From an uncultured Erysipelotrichaceae bacterium (lineage in GTDB: Bacteria; Bacillota_I; Bacilli_A; Erysipelotrichales; Erysipelotrichaceae): 12,093 nt of DNA. Shown here piece after piece: positions 1-7,271 of this stretch; the first letter of the stretch is position 1, and each line of letters begins with the position of its first letter. The notes beneath the pieces were generated by a model that did no database searches, was not told where the DNA came from, and saw nothing but the letters and a program-made list of their open reading frames with translations. A program made the position numbers and the translations under genes. The stretch lies in assembly GCA_964457525.1 (NCBI GenBank), contig CAYWGS010000043.1, forward strand, positions 1-12,093. The letters are read 5' to 3'.

Positions 1-54
1 TTGTTTATCGAAAATTCAGACGAAGTATTAAAGATTTATCAAAAATATCAATAA
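1..54 (+). CDS. 3' end of an upstream CDS truncated by the window edge; product unknown
   Basis: Frame 1 is open from nt 1 (LFIENSDEVLKIYQKYQ) to TAA at 52-54. An intrinsic terminator follows immediately. The fragment is too short to identify. Confidence 0.35.
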   Translation: MFIENSDEVLKIYQKYQ

Positions 55-55
55 G

Positions 56-81
56 ATACCAACAAATGTTGGTATTTTATT
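56..81 (+). terminator. Rho-independent terminator of the upstream gene
   Basis: Perfect 8-bp stem ATACCAAC (56-63) / GTTGGTAT (68-75) with a 4-nt loop AAAT, followed by TTTATT. It starts 2 nt after the stop codon. Confidence 0.7.
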
Positions 82-122
82 AATGTTAATCAAAAATGCA
101 CAAACTTCAGTCAATTTTTACA

Positions 123-151
123 TTGACTTTAAGTTCTTTTTTATTTATACT
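123..151 (+). promoter_or_regulatory. Sigma-A-type promoter driving the riboswitch-permease transcript
   Basis: -35 TTGACT (123-128) and -10 TATACT (146-151) with 17-nt spacing by direct count. It lies about 20 nt upstream of the riboswitch P1 stem. Confidence 0.65.
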
Positions 152-170
152 CTAAACGTATTCACAATTA

Positions 171-244
171 ACCAGCAATATAATGTCTCTAATATGGTGA
201 GACAGTCTCTACCGGGCACCTTAAATGCACCGACTACTGTGGTT
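171..244 (+). promoter_or_regulatory. Purine riboswitch aptamer, guanine/hypoxanthine class (G-box)
   Basis: Close match to the B. subtilis xpt G-box core: AUAUAAU (178-184). P2 is GUCUC (185-189) / GAGAC (199-203) with loop UAAUAUGGU. J2/3 is AGUCUCUA. P3 is CGGGCA (213-218) / UGCACCG (226-232) with loop CCUUAAA. Then CCGACUAC, with C at 234 in the specificity position (C = guanine class, U = adenine class). P1 is imperfect (about 171-180 with 235-243). Confidence 0.9.
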
Positions 245-273
245 GAAGCGATCAATCTAATCTAAAAAGATTG

Positions 274-297
274 AGTCGGTTTCTCCCGACTTTTTTT
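274..297 (+). terminator. Riboswitch expression-platform terminator (predicted OFF switch)
   Basis: Stem AGTCGG (274-279) / CCGACT (286-291) with a 6-nt loop, then a T-run to 297. The 3' arm CCGACT is an exact copy of aptamer nt 230-235, so the aptamer 3' side can pair with 274-279 instead, acting as an antiterminator when no ligand is bound. Confidence 0.8.
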
Positions 298-336
298 GTT
301 GTTGTGTAATTGAGTACAGAAAGAAAGAGGAGAAAT

Positions 337-1716
337 ATGGAAAAGTTTTTTAAGTTAAAACAGTATGGAACCAATGTTCGTACTGAAATCATTGCCGGTT
401 TTACTACATTCTTTACAATGGCTTACATCTTAATTGTAAACCCAAGTATATTAGGTAATACGGGTCTTGATAAAGGGGCATTGTTCTTAGCAACAATCTT
501 TGCGTCCGCAATAGGTACTCTTGTTATGGGATTGTTCGCAAATGTTCCTTATGCTTTAGCTCCAGGTATGGGTCTTAATGCATTCTTTACATTCGTTGTT
601 GTGTTTGGTTTAGGTTTCACACCATTTGAAGCTTTAGGTATGGTATTTATTTGTGGGGTTATTAATATTCTTATTACAGTTACACGTGTTCGTAAGCATA
701 TCGTGAAGTCAATTCCTTTATCCCTTCAACACGCAATCGGTGGTGGTATTGGTTTATTCATCGCTTTCATTGGTTTGAATGATGCGAAAATGTTACTATT
801 ATCCCCATTCTCTGAATTCGGTACAGGTTATACTGAATTATTGGCGTTCAAACAACCGTATCAAGTTCTATTCATTATCGGTCTTGTATTAGCGATCATT
901 TTAATGGTTAAGAAAGTAAAGGGCGCAATGTTACTTTCAATCGTTCTAACCACTTTAATTGGTATCCCAATGGGTGTTGTGAATTTATCATCCGCAAGTA
1001 TCGATATGGGATCAATCGGTGCTGCATTCACAGCTTTAGGTCAAATCTTTGGTAAAGGGGTTACTGAAGGTATTCCATCCTTATTCGCTGATGCATCACG
1101 TCTACCAACAGTTCTAACTACAATCTTCGCATTCAGTTTATCCGATACTTTTGATACAATTGGTACTTTCATTGGTACAGGTCGTCGTTCTGGAATCTTC
1201 TCAGAAGAAGATGAAAGAGCACTTGAAAACGGTAAAGGCTTCTCAAGCCGTATGGATAAAGCATTATTCGCTGACTCCATTGCGACATCTGTAGGTGCAT
1301 TCTTAGGTACTTCTAACACAACAACATATGTTGAATCAGCTGCTGGTATTGAAGAAGGTGGACGTACTGGCTTAACGGCTGTTACAGTTGCAGTCTTGTT
1401 CTTATTATCGATTGTTGCTGCTCCGTTTGTTGGTTTAGTTCCAGCTTCCGCAACAGGTCCAATCCTTGTAATTGTTGGTATTCTAATGGCTAGTTCATTT
1501 GCAGATATTAATTGGTCTAACTTTGCTGAAGCAGTTCCTGCATTCTTCGCTGCTGTATTTATGGCATTCACTTACAACATTTCTACAGGTATTGGTTTAG
1601 CCTTTATCTCTTACGCTTTAATCAAAGTAGTTACGGGTAAAACGAAAGAAATTCACCCAATTCTTGGGGTTGCTGCATTACTCTTCTTATTAAACTTTGT
1701 ATTGTCAGCGTTATAA
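337..1716 (+). CDS. pbuG: NCS2/AzgA-family purine (guanine/hypoxanthine/adenine) permease
   Basis: The N-terminus MEKFFKLKQYGTNVRTEIIAGFTTFFTMAYILIVNP is typical of PbuG/PbuO/AzgA permeases, and the protein is polytopic throughout. I prefer ATG 337 over the track's TTG 310 because AAGAGGAG (325-332) sits 4 nt upstream. Being downstream of a G-box matches B. subtilis pbuG. The symbol is by analogy only. Confidence 0.9.
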   Translation: MEKFFKLKQYGTNVRTEIIAGFTTFFTMAYILIVNPSILGNTGLDKGALFLATIFASAIGTLVMGLFANVPYALAPGMGLNAFFTFVVVFGLGFTPFEALGMVFICGVINILITVTRVRKHIVKSIPLSLQHAIGGGIGLFIAFIGLNDAKMLLLSPFSEFGTGYTELLAFKQPYQVLFIIGLVLAIILMVKKVKGAMLLSIVLTTLIGIPMGVVNLSSASIDMGSIGAAFTALGQIFGKGVTEGIPSLFADASRLPTVLTTIFAFSLSDTFDTIGTFIGTGRRSGIFSEEDERALENGKGFSSRMDKALFADSIATSVGAFLGTSNTTTYVESAAGIEEGGRTGLTAVTVAVLFLLSIVAAPFVGLVPASATGPILVIVGILMASSFADINWSNFAEAVPAFFAAVFMAFTYNISTGIGLAFISYALIKVVTGKTKEIHPILGVAALLFLLNFVLSAL

Positions 1717-1725
1717 TTCTTAATT

Positions 1726-1747
1726 GGAGCCTTCGGGCTCCTTTTTT
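1726..1747 (+). terminator. Rho-independent terminator after the permease gene
   Basis: GGAGCC (1726-1731), tetraloop TTCG, GGCTCC (1736-1741), then TTTTTT (1742-1747). Confidence 0.85.
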
Positions 1748-1782
1748 ATTGGACAATGATAAAATAAGAAGAAGGAGATATT

Positions 1783-2544
1783 ATGAATCAAACAATACAA
1801 ACACTTTTAAGTCATTCATCTGTTCGAGATTACAGAACAGAACCTATTACAGAAGAAATCAAACAAATACTTATTCAATCGGCTCAAGCTGCTTCTTCCT
1901 CTCATTTTATCCAAGCCTATTCGATTATTGAAATCAGTGATCCTGTTATTCGAAAAGAAATAGCTCAATTACTCGATCATCCAAAACATATTCTCGAAGC
2001 ACCGCTTTATTATGTGTTTGTTGCGGATTTGTCACGTCATAAACGTATTACAGAAATGCATCATGTTGAGATGGCTTCACTTGAAAGTGAAGCACTATTG
2101 ATTGCGACAGTTGATGCGACACTTGCTGCTCAGAATATGTTTGTTGCAGCGGAATCCTTAGGATTAGGGGGTGTATATACTGGTGTTTTACGTAATACAC
2201 CAAAAGAAATTTCAAGATTATTGCGTTTACCAGACTACTCATTTGCATTATTTGGTTTATGCTTAGGTTATCCGAGTAAGGTAAATGAAATTAAACCACG
2301 ATTACCAATTAATGAAATCTTGCATACAAATTATTATAATGAAACTAAATCAGAAGATAACTTACAAACCTATAACAAAATTATGGAAGAATACTATTCA
2401 AAACGAACAAGCAATAAGAAATACGAAGTATGGACCTACCAAATTGCGAATTATTTTAGTTCAACGTTAAGACCTTATATGAATGAATTCTTAAGTTCAA
2501 TAGGGTTTAAACTACAAAAGGAGAATTATGAAAACAATAAATGA
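1783..2544 (+). CDS. NfsA/NfrA-like oxygen-insensitive NAD(P)H nitroreductase (FMN-dependent)
   Basis: The N-terminus LLSHSSVRDYRTEPITEE...SAQAASSSHFIQAYSII matches the NfsA-group signature (HRSIR.F....I.......A...SSS..Q..S.I). About 250 aa with the NfsA-type C-terminal extension. RBS AAGGAG (1772-1777) lies 5 nt before the ATG. Confidence 0.85.
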   Translation: MNQTIQTLLSHSSVRDYRTEPITEEIKQILIQSAQAASSSHFIQAYSIIEISDPVIRKEIAQLLDHPKHILEAPLYYVFVADLSRHKRITEMHHVEMASLESEALLIATVDATLAAQNMFVAAESLGLGGVYTGVLRNTPKEISRLLRLPDYSFALFGLCLGYPSKVNEIKPRLPINEILHTNYYNETKSEDNLQTYNKIMEEYYSKRTSNKKYEVWTYQIANYFSSTLRPYMNEFLSSIGFKLQKENYENNK

Positions 2545-3334
2545 TGTGTATACGCTCTATAATGGTGTGAAGATTCCAAAAGTTGGTTATGGTACTTGGC
2601 AAATTCCTAATTCTGAAGCCTATCAATGTACCTTAGATGCATTATCACTTGGTTATCGTCACATCGATACCGCTAAAGCTTATCGTAATGAGAAAGCAAT
2701 TGGTAAAGCAATTAAGGATTCAGGTCTAAAAAGAGAAGAACTCTTTGTCACAAGCAAATTACCTGCACAAACAAAGGGTTATGAAGAAACCTTAAATGCA
2801 TTTAGTGAAACGATGCATGATTTAGGTTTAGAGTATCTTGATTTGTACTTAATCCATGCCCCATGGCCGTGGGATGAAATAGGGAAAGATTGTACAGAAG
2901 GAAACATTCAATCTTGGAAAGCGATGGAGAAACTTTATCAAGAAGGAAAGATTAAGTCCATTGGAGTATCGAACTTCTCACCAAAAGATATTCAAGCTCT
3001 TTTAGATAACTGTGAGATTGTTCCAATGGTCAATCAAATTCGTTACTTTATTGGTAACACACAGAAAGAAACCATCGATTTCTGTAATCAACACAATATA
3101 TTAGTTGAAGCATACTCTCCACTTGCGACCGGTAAGATCTTTAAAAACAAAAAAGTACAATCTGTTGCGAAAAAGTTAGGTGTCAGTATTGCTCAATTAA
3201 GCATTCGTTACTGTATCGAACGTCATACGTTACCACTTCCAAAGACAACACATAAAGGAAGAATGGAAGAGAATGCACAGATTGACTTTGTGATTCCTGA
3301 AGAAGATCTTATATTCTTAGACAGTTTAAAATAG
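2528..3334 (+). CDS. Aldo/keto reductase (DkgA/YvgN/YtbE-like)
   Basis: AKR hallmarks are present: GYGTWQ, GYRHIDTAKAYRNE (catalytic Asp/Tyr region), LFVTSKL (catalytic Lys), LDLYLIHAP (catalytic His). RBS AAGGAG at 2518-2523. The start overlaps the upstream gene by 17 nt. Confidence 0.9.
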   Translation: MKTINDVYTLYNGVKIPKVGYGTWQIPNSEAYQCTLDALSLGYRHIDTAKAYRNEKAIGKAIKDSGLKREELFVTSKLPAQTKGYEETLNAFSETMHDLGLEYLDLYLIHAPWPWDEIGKDCTEGNIQSWKAMEKLYQEGKIKSIGVSNFSPKDIQALLDNCEIVPMVNQIRYFIGNTQKETIDFCNQHNILVEAYSPLATGKIFKNKKVQSVAKKLGVSIAQLSIRYCIERHTLPLPKTTHKGRMEENAQIDFVIPEEDLIFLDSLK

Positions 3335-3338
3335 TTAA

Positions 3339-3365
3339 GATTGCCTCATAGGCAGTCTTTTTTTT
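3339..3365 (+). terminator. Rho-independent terminator after the AKR gene
   Basis: GATTGCC (3339-3345) / GGCAGTC (3351-3357) with one G-U pair and loop TCATA, followed by eight T (3358-3365). Confidence 0.8.
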
Positions 3366-3407
3366 GTTATTGATAATGATTATTTAAATTAATAATTTCA
3401 CATATTT

Positions 3408-3436
3408 TTGAACAAAAAATCATCAAAAAATAAAAT
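3408..3436 (+). promoter_or_regulatory. Candidate sigma-A promoter for pflBA (distal)
   Basis: -35 TTGAAC (3408-3413) and -10 TAAAAT (3431-3436) with 17-nt spacing by count. A second candidate is the extended -10 TGATAGAAT (3502-3510). The AT-rich background makes chance matches likely. Confidence 0.45.
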
Positions 3437-3483
3437 ATTTAAGATACAAGCGCTTACATTTTTAAATAATGATAATAATGCTT

Positions 3484-3501
3484 TTGTGATGTATATCACT
3501 A
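3484..3501 (+). promoter_or_regulatory. Rex-box / Crp-Fnr-type palindrome in the pfl control region
   Basis: TTGTGATGTATATCACTA contains TGTGA-N6-TCAC. By my hand alignment it matches the Rex consensus TTGTGAAWWWWTTCACAA at 14 of 18 positions. It sits just upstream of, and abuts, the TGATAGAAT extended -10 (3502-3510). Confidence 0.4.
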
Positions 3502-3541
3502 TGATAGAATACTACTGTTTAGTAAGAAAAAGGAGTGCTCT

Positions 3542-5767
3542 ATGGAAAAAGCTTGGGAAAATTTTATTGAAGGGTATTGGCAGAAGGATGTAGATGTTGA
3601 AGATTTTATTCGACTCAATTTTAAGTCTTATGATGGTGATGATTCATTTTTAGCACCTATTTCAAAGAATACCGCAAAGGTATGGGAACGTTGTGAAGAA
3701 CTTCTAACTGAAGAAAGACGACTAGGCGTTTTAGATATCGAAATGGATTCAATTTCCGGGATTAATAATTTCAAACCTGGATATATTCTTCGTGAACATG
3801 AAAGTATTGTTGGTCTTCAAACCGATGCGCCATTGAAGAGAATTATCAATCCTTACGGAGGAATTAAATTAGCTTCTAAGATCTTAAATGGTTATGGCAG
3901 AGAAATGAAACCAGAGTTTGAGACATTCTTTAATGATTACTCAAAGACACATAACCAAGGTGTATTTGATGCATATACAGGAGATATGAAGAAGGCTCGT
4001 CATACAGGTCTACTCACTGGATTGCCTGATGCATATGGCCGTGGACGTATCATTGGTGACTATCGTAGAGTCGCATTATATGGTATTGATCAACTTATCG
4101 CATTTAAGAAGAGAGACTTAAATGATATCACAGACATTACAGAAGAAAATATTCGTCTTCGTGAAGAAGTCAGTGATCAAATTCGTGCATTAAATGATAT
4201 GAAGAAGATGGCCGCTACTTATGGATTCGATATTTCTGGCCCAGCTCAAAATGCACAAGAAGCCGTACAATGGTTATATTTTGCTTACTTAGCTGCAGTT
4301 AAAGAAAATAATGGAGCTGCGATGTCCTTAGGTCGTACTTCTACTTTCTTAGATATCTATATCGAACGTGATTTAGAAAAGGGCTCAATTGATGAATCCT
4401 ATGCTCAAGAATTAATTGACCAATTTATTATCAAACTCCGTTTAGTGCGTCACTTACGTTCACCAGAATACGATGAGTTGTTTGCGGGAGATCCAACTTG
4501 GGTTACTGAATCCATTGGTGGTGTTTCAAGCAATGGCAAACCACTTGTCACAAAGAACTCCTTTAGATACTTACATAGCTTAACAAACCTAGGACCTGCT
4601 CCTGAACCTAATATGACGGTATTATGGGCAGATACACTTCCTGTAAACTTCAAGAAGTATTGTGCTAAGATGTCCATTGAAACTGGCGCAATCCAATATG
4701 AAAATGATGACTTAATGTCCCCATTGTATAAGACAGACTATGCCATTGCTTGTTGCGTTAGTGCAATGCAAATTGGTAAACAAATGCAATACTTTGGTGC
4801 TCGTACAAACTTAGCGAAAGCCTTACTCTATGCGATTAATGGTGGACGTGATGAAAACTATAATGAAAAGATTATTGATGGTATTCCTGAATATACCGAT
4901 GAAATTTTAGACTACGAAAAGGTTAATGAATTATTTGACTTAATGATGGATAAGACAGCGAAGTTGTATGTGGATACCATGAATATCATTCACTACATGC
5001 ACGATAAATACGCGTATGAAAAGAGTATGATGGCATTACATGACACACATATCTCTCGCTTAATGGCATTTGGAGCTGCTGGGTTATCGGTAGTCGCAGA
5101 CTCTTTATCCGCAATCAAATACGCTAAAGTTAAACCGATTCGTAATGAACATGGCATCGCTGTTGATTTCGAAATCGAAGGAGATTTCCCTAAGTTTGGT
5201 AATGATGATGATCGAGTTGATATGATTGCGGTCGATGTAGTTAAACGTTTCGCTGCTAAATTAAAGGAACATGAACTTTATCGTAATGCAATTCATACAT
5301 TATCCATTCTAACAATCACATCCAATGTTGTGTATGGTCTAAAAACTGGATCTACACCAGATGGTCGTAAGAAAGGTGAAGCATTCGCACCAGGCGCAAA
5401 CCCAATGCACGGACGTGATACTTCAGGTGCTTTAGCTTCTCTAAACTCTGTTGCGAAGATTCCTTATGATGATGTCTGTCAAGATGGTGTAAGTAATACA
5501 TTCTCTATTCTTCCAGAAACACTTGGTAAGACAAGAGAAGAACAAGTCATCAATACAGTATCAATCTTAGATGGTTACTTTGCACAAAATGCACATCACT
5601 TAAATGTTAACGTATACTCTCGTGAAGTCTTAATGAAGGCAATGGATCATCCTGAACTTTATCCAAACTTAACCATCCGTGTTTCTGGATATGCAGTTCA
5701 CTTCAATCGACTCACAAAAGCTCAACAATTGGAAGTTCTAAAACGTACTTTCCATGAATCAATCTAA
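3542..5767 (+). CDS. pflB: Pyruvate formate-lyase (formate C-acetyltransferase), glycyl radical enzyme
   Basis: Glycyl-radical motif RVSGYAV, with the Gly codon at 5687-5689. Catalytic Cys pair in IACCVSA, codons 4751-4756. The C-terminus [31 protein letters not shown] is colinear with E. coli PflB. RBS AAAGGAG (3529-3535). Confidence 0.97.
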   Translation: MEKAWENFIEGYWQKDVDVEDFIRLNFKSYDGDDSFLAPISKNTAKVWERCEELLTEERRLGVLDIEMDSISGINNFKPGYILREHESIVGLQTDAPLKRIINPYGGIKLASKILNGYGREMKPEFETFFNDYSKTHNQGVFDAYTGDMKKARHTGLLTGLPDAYGRGRIIGDYRRVALYGIDQLIAFKKRDLNDITDITEENIRLREEVSDQIRALNDMKKMAATYGFDISGPAQNAQEAVQWLYFAYLAAVKENNGAAMSLGRTSTFLDIYIERDLEKGSIDESYAQELIDQFIIKLRLVRHLRSPEYDELFAGDPTWVTESIGGVSSNGKPLVTKNSFRYLHSLTNLGPAPEPNMTVLWADTLPVNFKKYCAKMSIETGAIQYENDDLMSPLYKTDYAIACCVSAMQIGKQMQYFGARTNLAKALLYAINGGRDENYNEKIIDGIPEYTDEILDYEKVNELFDLMMDKTAKLYVDTMNIIHYMHDKYAYEKSMMALHDTHISRLMAFGAAGLSVVADSLSAIKYAKVKPIRNEHGIAVDFEIEGDFPKFGNDDDRVDMIAVDVVKRFAAKLKEHELYRNAIHTLSILTITSNVVYGLKTGSTPDGRKKGEAFAPGANPMHGRDTSGALASLNSVAKIPYDDVCQDGVSNTFSILPETLGKTREEQVINTVSILDGYFAQNAHHLNVNVYSREVLMKAMDHPELYPNLTIRVSGYAVHFNRLTKAQQLEVLKRTFHESI

Positions 5768-6497
5768 AATCGGTTTCATAAACAAAATCGAAACATTTGC
5801 CACAGTGGATGGTCCTGGCATTCGAACCTTGTTCTTCCTTTCAGGTTGTCCACTCAGATGTTTATATTGTCATAATCCTGAGACCTGGCAACAAGCTTCT
5901 GGTATTCAAATGGATACCGCTAAACTACTGAACTTAGTAAAACGTTATAAACCGTATTATGGAGACTTAGGTGGTGTTACCTTCAGTGGTGGTGAACCAC
6001 TCATGCAAGCAGGTTATCTTGCGGAAGCTTTAAAGGTTCTTAAAGAAGCGAATATTCATACGTGTTTAGATACTTCAGGGTACAGTCGAAGTCCACTCTT
6101 ACCAGAGATACTCAGTCATACGGATTTGATTTTGTATGATATCAAAGCTGCTAATCCTGATTTATATAAAAAGATTACGGGTCAAGAGATGCAAGTCACA
6201 ACAGACTTTCTTAACTTAGCTCAATCTTTAAAGGTTAAACTTTGGATTCGACAGGTTATAGTACCTGGCTTAAATGATACTGAAGAGAATATCGATGAGA
6301 CTGCTAAACTCATCGCAAGTCTCGATTATGTCGAAAAGATTGAGTTGTTGCCATATCATACATTAGGCACAACCAAATATAAGAAACTTGATATTAAGTA
6401 TCCTTTAGAAGGGGTTGAGGCAATGAATCCGGATCGAATAAAGGAATTAACAGACTTATTACACAAAAAAATTGAATACTATAAACAGAACCGGTAA
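5754..6497 (+). CDS. pflA: Pyruvate formate-lyase activating enzyme (radical SAM)
   Basis: [28 protein letters not shown] carries the CX3CX2C cluster motif (Cys codons 5847-5870). [11 protein letters not shown] is the SAM-binding motif. About 247 aa, directly after pflB, with the ATG overlapping the pflB 3' end by 14 nt. Confidence 0.95.
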   Translation: MNQSKIGFINKIETFATVDGPGIRTLFFLSGCPLRCLYCHNPETWQQASGIQMDTAKLLNLVKRYKPYYGDLGGVTFSGGEPLMQAGYLAEALKVLKEANIHTCLDTSGYSRSPLLPEILSHTDLILYDIKAANPDLYKKITGQEMQVTTDFLNLAQSLKVKLWIRQVIVPGLNDTEENIDETAKLIASLDYVEKIELLPYHTLGTTKYKKLDIKYPLEGVEAMNPDRIKELTDLLHKKIEYYKQNR

Positions 6498-6524
6498 AAG
6501 CCGGTTTTGTTGTATACTTTAAAT

Positions 6525-7271
6525 ATGAGTTATAATCCTTGGCATGGCTGCCATAAAATCAGTTCTGGATGTGTAAATTGCTATATGTTTCGAGGGGATG
6601 AACGATTTGATCGTAACGCAAACATCGTACAAAAAACACAAGCTTTTTATCTACCGATTCAGAAAAAACGTGATGGAAGTTATAAAGTAAAATCGAATAC
6701 GACTCTTTTTACCTGTTTAACTTCTGATTTTTTTATTGAGGAAGCAGATGATTGGCGTAAGGAAGTTTGGGATATGATAAAAGTGAGAAGTGATTGTCAT
6801 TTCTTTATTATCACTAAACGTATTCATCGTTTTAATGAATGTATTCCAGAGGATTGGGAGGATGGTTATGATAATGTTACCATTGCTTGTACCATCGAAA
6901 ACCAATTAGAAGCAGATCGTAGGATGCCAATCTTCAATCAAGCTAAAATAAAACATAAGATAATCATTTGTGAACCTATACTTGAAAGAATAAATCTAGT
7001 TCCTTATCTTAATGATTCAATCATTGAGATCATTGTAGGTGGAGAAAGTGGTCCAAATGCACGAGAATGTGATTATTATTGGGTTTTAGATTTGAAGTCA
7101 CAAGCAGAATCCTTTAAAATAGATTTTACCTTTAAGCAAACCGGTGCACGATTTCTTAAAGAGCATAAGCTTTATCGGATTGAAAGAAAAGATCAAGTCA
7201 ATCAAGCACGAAAGGCAAATATTAATCATTCGTATAAAGATGCGGCATATCGCAACAGGGAAACACTATGA
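6525..7271 (+). CDS. DUF5131 / phage Gp37-Gp68 family protein with an N-terminal three-Cys motif
   Basis: YNPWHGCHKISSGCVNCY matches the family N-terminal signature (WNPW.GC...S.GC..CY). The C-terminal CEPILERINL...IIVGGESGPNAREC...FTFKQTG matches the family (EPLL..i.l...WvIvGGESG..ARP...FFFKQ.G). I prefer ATG 6525; the track's TTG 6507 is also possible. No clear SD precedes either start. Confidence 0.75.
   Translation: MSYNPWHGCHKISSGCVNCYMFRGDERFDRNANIVQKTQAFYLPIQKKRDGSYKVKSNTTLFTCLTSDFFIEEADDWRKEVWDMIKVRSDCHFFIITKRIHRFNECIPEDWEDGYDNVTIACTIENQLEADRRMPIFNQAKIKHKIIICEPILERINLVPYLNDSIIEIIVGGESGPNARECDYYWVLDLKSQAESFKIDFTFKQTGARFLKEHKLYRIERKDQVNQARKANINHSYKDAAYRNRETL

Noticed and set aside
83-265. 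60-aa ORF upstream of the permease gene
   Set aside because: It spans the promoter (123-151) and the whole guanine riboswitch aptamer (171-244). It has no RBS and a low-complexity AT-driven sequence. The RNA element explains the region.
1041-1571. 176-aa minus-strand ORF
   Set aside because: It lies entirely antisense to the well-supported permease CDS. Its Ala/Thr/Pro/Ser-rich translation is typical of a shadow frame, and I recognise no motif in it.
1757-1765. Extended -10 TGATAAAAT as a promoter feature for the nitroreductase-AKR unit
   Set aside because: It has no -35. The predicted TSS would fall on the Shine-Dalgarno sequence (1772-1777). I noted it in a finding but support is too weak to list it as a feature.
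1749-1931. 60-aa plus-strand ORF overlapping the start of the nitroreductase gene
   Set aside because: It is in an alternative frame to the NfsA-like CDS, which has the RBS and family motifs. Its Arg/Asn/Tyr-rich junk composition points the same way.
2048-2470. Short ORFs 2048-2248 (-) and 2285-2470 (+) inside the nitroreductase gene
   Set aside because: These are shadow ORFs nested within a CDS that has clear family motifs. No independent signals support them.
3370-3383. FNR-like half-palindrome TTGATAATGATTAT upstream of the pfl promoter
   Set aside because: The left half matches TTGAT, but the right half ATTAT matches ATCAA at only 3 of 5 positions. In AT-rich spacer DNA this is expected by chance.
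3408-3593. 61-aa ORF in the pfl upstream region
   Set aside because: It covers the AT-rich promoter and leader and runs into pflB in another frame. It has no RBS and a Lys/Asn-rich translation typical of AT-rich non-coding DNA.
4450-4677. 75-aa minus-strand ORF inside pflB
   Set aside because: It is antisense to a highly conserved CDS, with no start context or recognisable motif.
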